From: Schmidtea nova
Taxonomy: Eukaryota
Assembly (NCBI GenBank): GCA_044892505.1
Contig: CM097882.1
Coordinates: forward strand, 442,742,001-442,806,000
Direction of reading: 5' to 3'
Length of the DNA: 64,000 nt
The notes below the pieces were generated by a model. That model did not search any database. It was not told the origin of the DNA and worked only from the letters and a program-made list of their open reading frames with translations. Below are positions 44,874 through 59,860 of the stretch, in pieces. Position 1 is the stretch's first letter. Each line of letters starts with the position of its first letter. The position numbers were made by a program, and so were the translations under genes.

Positions 44874-47800
44874 TGATTTAATTCTATATTCAAAAGAATG
44901 CAACATATTCAGAAAAGGTTTATTAATTTCATAATTACAATTATAATGGCTAATGACAGAATTTCATCATAAAATTACAAAAAATAAAAATATAATAAAC
45001 AATAACCCATACCTTTGGTTTTCTCACTGAGTCAAAAGTGATATCAAAATTGAATACTTTCAACACTTAAGTAAAAAATCATTAAAACATCTGAATCTGG
45101 ATCAGTATTTATACTGACCAGATCAGTTCATTGACCAATCAGCATCAATCTGATGGTCCTCAATGCAATTCTATTAAAAATAAAATCAATTTTATTAACA
45201 AATATGATTTTCATTTTCTTGTTTTAATTTACCGATTTTTTATTAATTCTTCTTCTTTTTTACTTATTTATTTCGCTTTCTTATTATTTAAATATAATTA
45301 AATATCATTTTTCTTTAACACTTTTACATTTTCCATTTACTTTCTTCCAATTTTTGATATTAAATTAATATTCTTTATTACATTTTAATTCGTTTTTTCT
45401 GAAATTCTGGTAATTATTTTAATTTTAATTTATTCTTATTTATTTCTTATTATTCCTATTATTTATGTTACATGTGGACTAAATGGTGGATCCAACAGTA
45501 CAATAAATTTTCATTTGATCAATAACCACTTAAAAAATATAAAACTTCTTTTGCATGCTAAAATCTATTACATGTAAATTCAATATTATTATTTGCATAA
45601 TTCAATTATTGTTTCTTAAATCATTTTTAAAATTTGCACAAAAAATCACGGTGTATAAGGTGTAATAACCAAATTTTTTGTTTTTCTGTGCGCCTAATAG
45701 CCCGAAAAATACAGTACTATTTTTCTACTGACCTTCAATTGGTCCATTTAAACAACGAATATTTTTTTAATTTGTTAAAATTAATTTCTATATTCTTTTG
45801 GTTATTTTATAAATTTGTACAAATAATTTTTATTATTTTTAATTCATTTCCTAATCGTTTTAATAAAAATATAGATAATATAATTGAAATATTTTCTCAT
45901 TAATTCTATTTTAAATTGTAATATTATATTAAAACCTACTTTTTAAGTTAATTCTAAATGATATGCTTAATTTTATTTTATGCTTTTCGAATTACTTGGT
46001 TATTTCTCTATTGTTTCAATGATAATAAAAGGCTAATTACATCGTTACACAGCAAACATAATCTATACTTTCATCAATCATTCAGAGAATATGGATGATT
46101 TTTTTTCGTTTTAAACTACACTTTAAATAACTAGATGAATCTTCTGTATTATTTTTTACATATTTTAATTATACACTCTTAAAAGGAATATCATGATTCT
46201 ACTAAATATTGTTTTATAAAATGCAAATACCCAAATATCTATTTTGTTAATAACACTGGTGATCTTTGGCACTGAATATTAAATTATAAGGTTTATTTCA
46301 CGAATAAGATTATAATTCTTAACATACGAATACGGATGAAGTACTAATATTAAAGATTAGGTTTCATTGTTATCCTATTTTTCTTTTTACAATCGCAATA
46401 AGGAAAAAGTAATGCATAGAAGTTTGATATTTACAATTCTAATTTATATTCTTATTGATTTTTATAATAAAAAGAGTTATACGATTCTTACACTATTTTG
46501 TCTTGATCGAATGTAAAAATTAAGTTAAATGTATTCTGAAACTAATTAGCACAAATCGCATATAAAATATATCAAAAGACTGCAATCACATTATTCACTG
46601 GCCTACAATAGTTGTCTATTACTACAGATCAAGGCCTAGTAGCAGTAAAGCTAAATATCGATTTCTCTTATTTATGATGACGGTGTCACGCTTAGCTGAA
46701 CTGATAAGTTTATTCAATTTGGTGGGTTGTTAGTAAAAAACACATTTTTTACATTTTTTACTAGAGTCCTAGTAGACAGGTGAGTCTTTTTGCCACGACT
46801 TTGTTTCGGCTGCAGTCAGATAGAAATTTTCTATCTTACTGCGTAGATTTCTTGTTATCTATCTGAGTGTGTGTTAGATGGTTATTTCTTTACTTTTTCT
46901 AGCGTCTGTGTGCGCTCTTTTCTTATTCGTAGTTTCGTGTCTGCGTGCAAGCTTTATTGTGGTTTTTATGAAAAGAATTGTAGTTTAGTTTTTTTTGGAG
47001 GTAATTATAAGTTTGTTTAATAGAATTAATTGTTTATTGTATGTTAATAAATTAAAAATCATATTTTGATTAAATTGAATTTGAAACGAAATTGTGAAAT
47101 TTTTAATTATTTCAAATTGTTTATTCGAATCAATTTGGTTTTAATTTTATTTTGGAAAATTTTATTTTCATTAAATTATATGTGATTTTTCTTGATTTGA
47201 ATTAAATTTGAATGATTTTTTAAACTGTATACAAGAAGAATTTAGATATTGAAATAAAGTTATTATTAAATTAATATCTTAGTCTTATTTTTCTGAATGC
47301 TCAAATTGTTGAACAGACTGAGTTCAATTGAGTTTTTGTATAAATATTGCAGTAACGTAGCACGTAAGAACGCGCACGAAGTGAACTTAAATTGAAAAAT
47401 AAGAAATGCCAAATGAACAGAATTAATCAAAGAACCCCTAACATTTTATTAAAGACGTTTACAAGTTAAACTGAAACCTAATAGCACGAAAAAAACACAA
47501 CTATTACATAAAAACATTTAATTACAGCAATTAACTGCAAATGAGAAAAATTTCGAACATTCAATTAATAAATTATTTAATTTTTATAAAATTTTTATAG
47601 TCCTGGATTCTAGCTGTTTCCCTTATACATACACGTCAAAAATGTCCCTCATAATAGACTTAATGTCTCAGATTGCACCGCAGAAAATGACGAGTCTACT
47701 TGAAATGACCTTTAAATTTGATCTCAAAATAAGATATGATTGTGTAATCACTTTCGATATAGGAAAAACGGTCATTATACAAATCAGTTTATGCTACGTG

Positions 47801-50087
47801 AAACTCGGTAATTACTCAATATATACAATGGATGCCCGGTGATGAATTTGCAATGTTGGAATCTGACAAAATATATTTTGCATTGACATTTTGTGGATTT
47901 CGCTTTGGACCAATTTTTCATAATCTGTTATACCAAATTCACAAACCGTAACTGTAGAATTCTATCTCTTATTATATCTTCAGCTTTGATAACACGGCTT
48001 GTTGCGTCGAGAATATTATTATTACATGTGACCGTCACTGAAAATTTTCGTACTTACCCATTTTGAATGCAACCATTCTTTTTTGAAGTATTCAGAAAAC
48101 CAAAATAACAGCAACTGATAACAGATTTTTTAATAAAAGAAAGTCAACAACATAGGATGTTAAAAGAGAACGAGAGTCTTACTTGGATTCAAACTCATTT
48201 TGCTCATTTCTAGCTCACTTTGCTTTCAATTTTTCCGTTAATAATAACTGTGAACACTATTATCAAGTAGCGATGAAGAGGTATTAAATAAGATTTTTTT
48301 TTGAATTTGAAAATTTCTCGTGAATAGAAATTTGTGTGTAACTTTTTATTCTAGGCTCTATCTTTTACACCATCCCACCTGAACATTTACATGACTTTCC
48401 TCGCGCGTAAACCCGTAATAATTCTCGGGTGATTGCGTTGAAAATGCATATCGCAGGTCGACCATCAATAGGCAGGTGAACCCAGTCACCAAGACTACTC
48501 CCCATGGAACTTTTCATTTGGGGTTCATATTGGTTGATAGAAGACCTGCTTTTTCCTGTAATTACACATTTGCCAACAGCACTCTTTACTTTTCTGGTAA
48601 ATTATGGTTTCTTCCTGAACTTTGATATGTATCCATTACTCAGCTTCGCCAATTTCAGGGATGAGATAAAAATTTCTTATAAAAAAATTTCAGATCCATA
48701 AAAAACAATTGATCTAACACAAAAGGCAAATTATACATGCACTTTGACATTAATTATAAAACAATGATTTCATTAGGAACTTCGAGTTCAGACAGCCCAT
48801 ATAGATAACCTACTTGGTTTGCTGGTAGACTTAAACTTTTCTTCTCGTTGCTTTCGTCACTGTTTGGGACTAGGTCTTAAGTAGTTAGATGTGAGCCCGC
48901 AGGAACAAAGACAATACGAGACAACAAAAGCTGAGTCATAACACGAGTCATACTCTTTGAAAACAAAGGCAATGAGTTATTGCATATTTTGTTAGACCAC
49001 TCCTTCATGGTCAAAATGACCGCCAAACAGACAAAGCCTTAAAAATCTTTTCTCTTTGTGCTACATCACAGAAATTTATATGTATCCATGCAAAATAAAG
49101 AGGAACAAAATAATATACTGGTAATTTCTGTATAACTTATCATTTTCATTCTATTCACAAGCTAAGTTGATGAAATGATAAATAATTGAACCAACCAAGG
49201 TATTTAATTCAAAAACAAGGTTTTCTTCTTAATATATTTATTTACAATATACATTATATTTTTCTCTAATAAAAACATTACAAATTTGACAAAATGAACT
49301 TTGCCACATATTCTACAGCGAATAATATGTCTGCAAGGAAGATATAACATTTCAATCTTTGTTGATTGATATCTGCAACATGTAAACATTATAATTTGCC
49401 GCCTTGATATTTCTTCAACTTTTTTTTATTAATATTTGCACAATTTTGCAATGAAAATTTAAAATTTCCTAGTCTAGTGAATTATATAATTTCCATATAT
49501 CCGTTAATAACTCATCTTCATTCAATATTTTGTCAGTTATATAAGCAATAATTCATCATTTCCCTTTTGAACCCACATTTCTTAATGAATCCCTTCTTTA
49601 CTTAAGCGACAGAATAAATTGTTAAAATTGGATTTGTTCAATTTTTCAAAGTTTTCCATTACAAATATAATACATTTAAAGAACTAATTTCAGTGGAATA
49701 TTGTTTAAATAAATTATTTGAATTCCTAATCAATGCCAAAGGTATATTGCTAATTTTATCATCGGTATCATTATTGATTTCATGAACTGGTGCAGCATTC
49801 GAAGTAGTAAAAGATGAGATACTGGTTCACAGTCATCATTACCAGATTTATTAAGCTGTTCGAATTGTACAGGGTCATGTTCGGATTCATCATCACATTG
49901 AGAAAGTTCATTGATGATAGACTCTAAGTCTTCGGTTAAATGTTAAAATTCATCAAGTAAATATTTTATTATACAACCTATCAAAAATTAAATATTAAAT
50001 TACAGTATAAATATTTTACTTTTATTAAATGCCATTTTTCACAAATAAAATACGTTTTTTAATTGTTAATAGTAAAATATTATAAAA

Positions 50088-50088
<1 letters not shown>

Positions 50089-50163
<75 letters not shown>
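50089..50163. repeat. (ATT)n microsatellite
   Basis: Uninterrupted ATT run. Confidence 0.95.
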
Positions 50164-51925
50164 TCTCTCCGCGCCAGGTAAGTATAAAACAAAGTCGAAA
50201 GATTTTGTTATATACTATACCTGGTACACTGGATAAAACATCACTTGAATATGCAAGGTCCTACAGATAATCTGTAACTTGCAAACATGGCGTATGAATT
50301 TCATTTTCACCTCTGCGCACTAAAAGTGTTCAACAGAAACTGTTTGCAAGCGCACCCGACTGCATTAGCTTCATTATTTCAATTTCTTGAAATATCCTTT
50401 GAAAAAAACATTTGTCGGATGACTTATTTGTTTTAAACAAAAAAAAGCTTGTGATTTTTTTTGTGATACCCAGTGCAAATCCCCAATAGCAGACTAGTTC
50501 TTAGGTCAATAAGATTTTCAACATGAAATTGTCAATAAATTTCCAATAAAATAAACCTATTTCCATTAAAAAATCAATTTGTTAAGTAGGGTAGGCCGGA
50601 AACTTTTTGACCGCACCAGGTACCATTAAATTTTATATACATAATTATCTTGGCATTTATCAATATTGCATTCCATTAAAATACACAATTTATGAATTAA
50701 TTATAATTCATGAAAAATAAAAATTATAATTATAAGAATATAAATAAAATATACAGTTAATTACAATTCATGAAAATAAAGATAAAAATTATTATCAATT
50801 AATAATTATAGAAATGTAAAATCTAAAGTTCAATATATGAGTCACAAATAGTTAAGTGATAATTACAATGGATTGTTCTTTGATTCTGAATTGATGACTG
50901 ACAATGATTGAAGGTTTCAGATAGTTTATAAGGATTTCGACGAACGACTTGATTTGAGATAGATGATTTGAAATAGACGATTTTTGATAGTTTATAGGAT
51001 CACAAAGACTATGAAGGGTTGTGAATTGTTTGGCAGGTTTTGAATTGATTGATTATAGTCATTTTTCGAAAGGGATTTTTGATGATTAAAACGAACGATT
51101 AGGACGGACAATTGATGCTTTGCATGATTGTGATTGCTGAGATTTGATCGGGGTTATTTAGATAATAGATATTGTGACTGATGATTAGAACGGATAATTG
51201 ATGTTTGGAATTGAGATGCTTGGGACTTGATTGGGGTTTATTTTTCTAGGTAGATATTTACTCGATATCTATTATTACTTGTATGGAAATATTTATTGAT
51301 TTTAAATGCCTCTATGCCTCGTCATCCAACAATTTGATCAAAACCAAAATGATTGGAAATTTGATTCTCTACCGATTTCAATTAAAAAATTCTGAGAAAT
51401 ATTAATTTTCTGGATATTTGGCCATGAGTAAATTGACCTTTGACCGCCATTTTTACTTGGAAAAAGTCACCTGACGACAAAGTTGTTAATGGTAGAAAAT
51501 CATAGAATTTTTCAATCTTTGATTTATTGAAGTGATGGTAAAAGCTGATAGTTTGAATTTTAGTTTTGATTTCTTTGTTAAATAAAATATAATATTAAAA
51601 AAGTTTTTGTTCTATTTCGGCATCGTGCCAATTTTTTTTATTTAACTGATTTTTTTGTATGATAAAATTCTGTCTGTATAAAGATAAATTAAAAAATAGT
51701 TGAGACTACTTCATTAAAGCAAAAGAGAAACAATTTAAACGTGTATATTAAACGAAAATAAAAATAAAATCAAGTAAAAGCATGCATAGAAAAAGAAAAA
51801 GGGGAATAGACGTTACTATGAACTATAACGAGTTATACATGTGTATATCAGAACAATAATTTAATAGTGATGTTAAACTTTTCCAATAATATAACAAAAC
51901 ATTCTTTTTAAATAAAATTTTTCTA

Positions 51926-54590
51926 TTAATTTTTTAACATATAATTGCATTCATTAATGCATTTGCACCACCGCAAAGCATCCTCTGTTGAATCTGCAGC
52001 TGCTAAAAATCTATATTTTGTTATACCATCGGTAGATAGCCTTCGATTAACTGGCATTTTTTCTTTAATTTCTTTTTCAATTAGAAGTACTGAAAATGAA
52101 TTCGCTTTAGGACAAACATGAAAATCACAAAGATTTGTTGACCCGCTCATTATATAAAAAGGAATATCAATATCGATATTTTCGATGAATACTTTTTCTT
52201 CTAATTTCTTTCCACCAATAATACCACTGGAAGTTACTTCACAATCTACGAAGGTCCATGATCCTATTCCATTTACTTCACTGTAGACATTCTTAAAATA
52301 TGATAAAATTAATTATAAAATAAATATAAAAATATTAAAAAAATTACTAATCTGCCTCGACATCCTGATGATAAAGCAAAACGACTTGTTAATTTGACAT
52401 AACCATCAAAAGGACTACTCTTAGGTATGTTCATAATTTTTTCAATAAGTTGATTTTTTATTATATCATTTGATGTCAAAGTAAATGATCCAACGTTAGT
52501 AAAAAGGATTGGACTTTCAGGAACTCTAATATATTTTTTGTTCGGCATTATAATTCTCATACTCTTTCTCGGTGATACTATTTTAGCATTTTTCTTTGGA
52601 TTCACATTCATGCAGTAAAACTAAAATAAAATCACATTAAGTACCAAGAGCAAAATAAATGGATTGCAAACACTTAATATGTGAATAAATTCCTATTAAC
52701 ATTATAATATATAACCAGTGATAACAACAATAAATCTATTTTTTCATTTCGAAATATTTTGTTTCTTCTTACAAACTATTTTTACTATAAACCGTATTTT
52801 CGCCAATATAAGTCACGACTTATATTCGTGAAAATACGGTAATTGTGTACATTAGTATGAATATCTATCAATATTTTTGTTTCAAAATTTTCTTATAAAT
52901 TCGCTGTTCACTTGTCAATTTTTATTTATATTTCTGACTTAATATTTTTTAAATTATCAGAAAACCCTCGTTTTTCTTCTAATTCTTTTCTTTTTCATTG
53001 ATTTACAAAAGAACAATACACAGAGAACAATACACAGAGAAATATCACAGAGATAAATTTTTCAAAATTTTTTTTATTATATAAAAGCACTGGAGCGTTA
53101 CAAAATTCATGATCTGCACGTAGCACATACGTAATATAAAAAATTGGGTGGTGTTTTATTTTCAGTTTGCTTTTACTGACACCAATATCAATAGAATACA
53201 AAATTATTATAAAAAAATTTATATTAGAAGTGATTGAGAAAAAAATTGAAAAAAATCCAACCTCAAAATCCAGTCTGAATTCTTTAAACAATCGATCGAA
53301 ATCGATTTTATTGAACATTTCTAGCCATTTTGATCCACCGTTATTCAGCTTGATTTTATCAGCATCCCGACGTTTGATAATCGTATAGACGTCAGAATCA
53401 GTTATCACGGAACCTCTCACTGAACGAGCTACCAAAACGACATGATAAACATCCGATAGACGGTTAATCTTGTTTTCATAACCCACATCAAGTAGGGATT
53501 TATAATTGAAAAAAACATATTTATCCTTGAGACTGAGTTGAATATTGCGAAGATTAACATTAGCTATGATACCACCATTCGAATTCTGTTGGTGATGGAT
53601 ATGTTCAGCCATAGATGTACACAAAAGATCTAATATTACATGGGTGAACATATTATAAATTAATTTTAATTTCTTACTATTTTTGACAATATCAATGCAT
53701 TTCTCGATATGACACAAAACTCCTGGTTTATACTTACTACGGCACATTTTTATCTCATTAATTATGGAATAGTTTATATTTTTTAATTTTTTTATTTCAT
53801 ACTGTATTTTGGATTCAGCGTTTAATTCGGAATTAGCTTGCGTGTCATCCGTGGACGTTTTACCGTGATTTATGTTTTCTATACATTTTTGACTTTGACG
53901 CGATTTATTATCTAAATATTCCGAAGACTCGGAATTAGAATAGATATTGAGCTTATCACTTAAACTTAACGACCGATAAGGTTGTTTATATTTGTTTTTA
54001 GGACATTCTTTTTCGGGAAGAGAGTCAACGTCTTTTCCTTTTGTTCCTTGTCCATATTCAAGGCAAAATTCTTTTTTAAACAATTCTGTATTAGATATAT
54101 TTGTCAATGATTGATCGTTGGTCTGTTTATCCGAGTTATCGGAAACATACTTTTCATCTAATTCAGTTTCTTCAGATTGACATGAAGACGAAAAATGTAT
54201 TTCATCATCGGTGCTACTCTCATTTTCTATCTGTTCATCTACCGTTAAAATGTTTTTTATGTTTGACTGAGATAGTTTTAATTCAGGTAAATTTTCATAT
54301 AATGCAGATTGGTTAATTTTTGGTAAAGGAAGGTCTTTTACAATTTTTATGATATTTTCATTGTTAATTGGTTTTGACATATTAAACTGAAAATATAGTG
54401 AATATATCATAAAATTTATTGTTAAAAATACTGATTTTTTATCCTGTGTTGCTTTAATTATAGATTCGAAGAAAGCTTTCCTTTCTTTAACTGAAATTTC
54501 ACAATTTATCGAACTTTCATCTTTACAATTTTCCGAATTTTTCAAAATAGATTCTGTTGAAGATATTTGACTTTCGGGTAAAGATGCATG
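51926..54590 (-). CDS. ANLN: Divergent anillin-like protein (AH domain plus C-terminal PH); exons about 54590-54432, 54386-53262, 52620-52348, 52291-51926; 5' exons not located
   Basis: SVKERKAFFES; AH-like NVNLRNIQLSLK, FDRLFKEFRLDFE|FYCM, FTNVGSFTLT, SSPFDGYV; PH-like GRL|NVYSEVNGIGSW..CPKANSF..AADSTEDALRWCKCIN. All junctions are GT-AG and frame-preserving (introns of 45, 641 and 56 nt). Confidence 0.7.
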
Positions 54591-55734
54591 AATCGCGAAA
54601 CTCTAATTTATTTATAAAATATAAGTCGGTAAAAATAAAGAAAAAACATTTTTTAATTTGGAAACTATTGGTTTGGAATTAAATAAAGCTGGGTGGGCTG
54701 GCCTGTAAATTATTTAAACAAGCGATTAAAATTTAATTTAGAAATTACAGAGTTTCTGTGTTGGATAGATTAAGATTTTCCTAAGTTAATAAAAATTATA
54801 AGATTTTAAAAGCTATGTATTTAACAGCGAATAAATTTTTTTCAAAATTTTTAGGATCAACTTACTTTTAAGTTCAACGCATCGACCTAAAAAATATTTA
54901 TAAATTGTCATATTAAAAATATTAAAAACCTTATCAGCCAATTCATCCAATTTCTTTTCTGAATTCTAATTTATTTAATAAATTAATATATTATAAAAAA
55001 ATTTTAACTTTTGTTTCTAAATAAACTAAACTTGGTTTAAAAGGTCTGAAAATTATTTAACAAATAAATAAAAATTAATTTTGAAATTACATATTTTCTT
55101 TGTTGGAGTGATTCGGATTATCCTAAAAACAATAATATTTAAATAGAATGGTATATTTAGCAACGAATAATATATTTCAAAAAATTTTAGAATGAATTTA
55201 CTTCTGAATTCCAAGCGTTGACCTTAAAAAATATTTATAAATTTTAATAAAATACTAAAATAACAAAAACCCGAGCAGCTAATTCAGCTAATCTCTGCTT
55301 AGCCTTAAGCGTGATTTTAGAATTGTTATTTGCATATACAATATTATTGGTGTCTAAGTTTTCATTTAACATATTTATTTATTTTTCAAACTTTAATAAA
55401 GATTTAAAATTTTGAAAATGGGAAATTAAAACAAATAAAAATTGCATTAAAACACGTTTTTTGCAAAAAATCAGCTTAGAAATCAATTTTTTACTTTGTA
55501 AAATTTTTAATACCTTTGATTTTAGGGACAAAAAATAATAAAGAAAAACTCGAATTTTACATTTAATTACATTTTAAAATTGGTTAAAAATATAATTGAC
55601 TTGTAATATTTGAAAACAATAAACAAAAAAAGGCTTATATTACATTCGTTACAGTAATATTTAATTTTTTTCTTTTTTTCTCATCTTATTTTGAGGAACA
55701 AACTTGTTGGTATTCGGGTTGTTGGAAATTTTTG

Positions 55735-56070
55735 TTCAGTGTCTAGGGCGCTAATTATGAGTACCGACATAAATTAATTTCCTCGATCGTATACCCATGA
55801 GTTCCCTAGACTCGACTCATGTTGGTGATGCATACGTCGTCGTAGATCGAATTGGTAGGTGAACGGTTCTGAGAACAACTACTTCTGATTTATAACTACT
55901 GTGGGTTCACTGACCGATAGGTCGCTCCTCTCTTTACTACTTCGTAGGTCACTCAATAAAGGTTTAAGTATTTGTTATCTATGTCGGACAACGAAAACAT
56001 AAATTAACAGCTCAAAACATTTATTAACACTACAGATCTCTTATTTCGTTAATCAACTCCAGTTCGGAAA
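55735..56070. repeat. Dispersed repeat, homologous to 59475-59810
   Basis: Shared blocks GTGTCTAGGG, ATGAGTTCC(C)TAGAC, GACTCATGTTGGTGATG, CTCTCTTTACTAC, TAGGTCACTCA, TATCTATGTCGGA(A)CAACGAAAACAT. Confidence 0.75.
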
Positions 56071-57689
56071 GGCCAGGGCCCCTTTGGATTTGCTCGGCCT
56101 TATGTAGTTGGCTCCGCATTTGTTCGGGCGAGAAGTAGTTTTGCATCATCTCATCTATTTCCATTTGTTGTCGCGCTATTCTTCATTTAATTCATCAAAT
56201 TCTCGGCTTCTCGCACTTAATCAGCTCGGCCCTTTGGATGCTTAATCGGGTTTCATGTTCTATGCTAAAACAACATTTGAATATTTTATGCTAATGATAT
56301 ATCCAAGTTTGTTAATAACAATTTTTATGAATTTTCTAAATTACTAAATTATCACACCCTGGAGCGATAACACATGAGTTTATTTATCTATTTTTTCATC
56401 TGAAAAGGTATTTAAGTTAACTCACAAAACAAATAAATCAAAAATTAATACAATAACTGAGGATACTACGTACACATTTATTATGGTAAGAAACACAAAA
56501 TCATAGTCCATTAATGCTCAAAATTTTCCATGACATGCTACATTTCTAATCGATGCTCAGGATAGACCTGAAGTAGAATACATCTTGAATTTATATTGTG
56601 GATCTCCACGAAGGAAGCTTTGGTATTGCCTCATTTCTTTGAACTTCTCTCTGAACTCTGGAGCAGTATGGGTGAGGTGGGACCAGTCCGTCAAATTCCC
56701 ATTTGGGGATATACCTTGCATAGATAATCTTCCGTGGATGGCCTTTCTCATCTTTAAGCACCACAAACCAGGTTGCGTAAATTTCTAAAGATTCCTGGTC
56801 TATCGTAACAGGCCAATTGGGGCCTCCTCTGTACCATATCTCTTTTGAGGATTTGTGGCCCAAGTCACGAATGGGCATTTCTTTCGGAACTGTGCCATTT
56901 ACGCATAGTTGCATTTACTGCACTGAGAATTGGAGTTATTTATATGGTATATAAATTTTTTATTTATATGGTCTTATAAAATTTGGTATATAAATTTATG
57001 AATAATTTGTTTTTTATTATATAGGGTAGATTGTTGTTTAAGAAAATTCTAGAGCCTAGCCGAGTCTCCTGCAAAAAAGGTATCGGGATAGCTGGAGTGC
57101 GTGTTGTATATGTGGGTGAATGTTTGGTGTATTTGGTCTAACAACGTATTAAAACCTAACAAAATAAAATATCAAATATTAATTTCAATATATATCTTTC
57201 TAGTAACCAAACGAATGCAAAAAATAATTACCACAATCACTGGGGATGGGTATAATGAACTAACTATAGCGAATTAGAATTTTATATTCGAAACTCTATT
57301 TATTTGTTATTTATTTTTAAATTGACTCTTCTCTTTAGATTTTTTCTTTAGTTCAAAATGATTGATTCTTTCCTTTAGATATTTTCTTTAGTTCAAAATT
57401 GTTTTTCCCAAATAGTTCCCTTAGTTTTAATTTGTCAAGATTTTCTATTGTTTTCTTAATTTGTCCAGGTTTTCTTTTATAATTAATTTGTCAAAGTTTA
57501 CTTTAGTTTTTTTAATTGTCATGGTTTTATCTCGTTATTAATCTGTTATAACTAACGTGCCAAAATAAAAATGATAAAAAATGGGAGGTTACCAGTGTCC
57601 GACATGACTCTTATGATAATGATAATAATAATAAAAATAATAATAGTAACAACAATATTAAAAATACAGCTTTAACACTGAGGATCTGT

Positions 57690-58560
57690 CTAGAGGACAT
57701 TTGTATTGAAGTCGAACTTGTGATCGGTTTTCGAAGGCTGTCTACCTTCAAAGTCACTGGTACCAACCCATTCGAAAACCAAGAAGAGCAAACCAGAATT
57801 GCAAATTTTTTCCCGTACTACACACACAGAAATATCATCGGAATCGCAAGAAACTTCAAATTTCAAAAAAAACTTTAACTCTACTTGCAGAGAGAAATCG
57901 ATTGAAGATCCAATTAATGATCAAATCCATGAAACAACAAATCCCCAATAACAAACGGCAATCCAAGAACTCCCTAACGGACAAATCACCGAAACCTCCC
58001 AGGACCCTCTCCTGGAAGACTCAGACGGTGACTCAAATTTTAAAACTATCATTGAAAATACCTACATACATCTTTAATCCACTAATGGATTTATACTTAG
58101 ACGAATCAGGCATCAACAAAAGAGAGACAATATTCAAGAATTATGACCTAGCAGACAATGCATACGAAGACATAAAATATGATATAGAAGTCCGTTTCCA
58201 TGAAAACTTAGACAAACAAAAGCAAATTGAAGAAGCAGCCAATAATAAAATCGAAAATACTGAAGAAACAAATCAAAAATATCCAAAAAGAAAAAGAAAT
58301 AAGAAATCAAAGAATAAAAAAATGTCCTAGACATAGAACCGCCTTTGAAAAAAGTGTTCCATGACTGATCAAAAATATCAGACAAGAACATAACCAAGAG
58401 CGCAAAATCAAAAAAGAGAAGTCAAATCAAAACTAACAAAGAAAAAGAGATAATTACGGGATTACTCTATAATATACCGTACTTGAACTCGGATACCTAG
58501 TGGTAAGGGATATCCCGCTAGCGGGAAGTTTAAACATGTATTAAAAATATGATTTCAGTA
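57690..58560 (+). pseudogene. Possible degraded retroelement coding remnant (integrase C-terminal-like)
   Basis: A-rich purine-biased ORF fragments and an ELGYLVVRDIP segment weakly resembling the GPY/F region. Confidence 0.25.
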
Positions 58561-59474
58561 TGAATATAATGAAGTATTATACATGAACTGTATAATTGAT
58601 TTATTTATTTAATTTTTGTGATTAGTTATCACTACATTTTCTTTTATACATTAAAACAAGAAAAAACGAAAACATATAAAATACAGTAACTACAAGAGTT
58701 AGTTACAGGAAGAACTCACCACTGTCTTTGTATGCATGGTCATGCCTCGCTCTTTCGTAGTTAATAATTTATTGACTTTCCGAGTACATGGGTTCTGGAG
58801 ATTTTGAAAATTTAATATTTTTAAAATGACATGGCAGTATTTGACCCATCGATTTAATAATGGTCCTGTTATTAATTCATCCTTTTACCGACTGGTTGTT
58901 GTTAATTTATGCCGGATGTTTGTGTTATGATAGAATTTCGCTTTATTTTAGATAGTCAAACAAACTTTGATTAAACTGGTAATACATGCAATGATATCCA
59001 GTATTAGGCCTCGCGCATTGTGGTATAGTGTTCGTTTCGCTGTTGATAGCATTATATGATGGATTTATTATATACCTTCGTTAATTGAGGGGAACTATGT
59101 CACGTTTAACATGTAATTAATCAATAGAGTTTCTAACATGAACTACCACTATACTTGGAGTATTCAACAAAAAATGTATGTGGAGTTACCTATTAAATCT
59201 TTGGAAAGTATTCCTTGTATGAAATGATCAAGGTTGGATATTCTTTTCGGTGTAAACGTTCCCTATCGAAAATTCATCTTTAGAGTGAAATATCTCCGTA
59301 TTAGCATTATTCTAATATGAAACATCATCCCAAGGGTAACTGGATCGAAAATGGTTCATCAATCACACAAAAATAAACTAATTGAACTACTTGTGGTGTA
59401 AAAAGATTTCATATTATGAATTTTTTTATATGCATTTGTTGGTATTCGGTATTGTTGGTTGAAAATCTTTGATC

Positions 59475-59810
59475 GGTGTCTAGGGTCATTGTTGTGAATA
59501 CTTACATAAAATGTATTCCCTTGATCCTATACCTATGAGTTCCTAGACATGACTCATGTTGGTGATGTATACCTCTTAGATCAAATCGACAGATGAGTGG
59601 TTCTGGGAACGATTAATCCCGATTTATACCTATTGCGGGTTCTCTGGCCGATAGGAGGTCCCTACTCTCTTTACTACCTTATAGGTCACTCATTGAGATC
59701 TATATACTCTATATCTATGTCGGAACAACGAAAACATTAATTTACGGTTCGAAAAATTTATTTACATTACAGGGTAATAATCTCGTTAATCGATCTTACT
59801 TCGGAGAGGT
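59475..59810. repeat. Second copy of the 55735-56070 repeat
   Basis: Same shared blocks as the 55735-56070 copy. Confidence 0.75.
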
Positions 59811-59860
59811 TTGATAATAGGTCGACTTGCTTTGCTCTCTGTTACTTAAAAGCCTGTCAC

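Noticed and set aside
52995-53261. C-terminal part of the 516-aa ORF
   Set aside because: F/I-rich read-through of the anillin intron.
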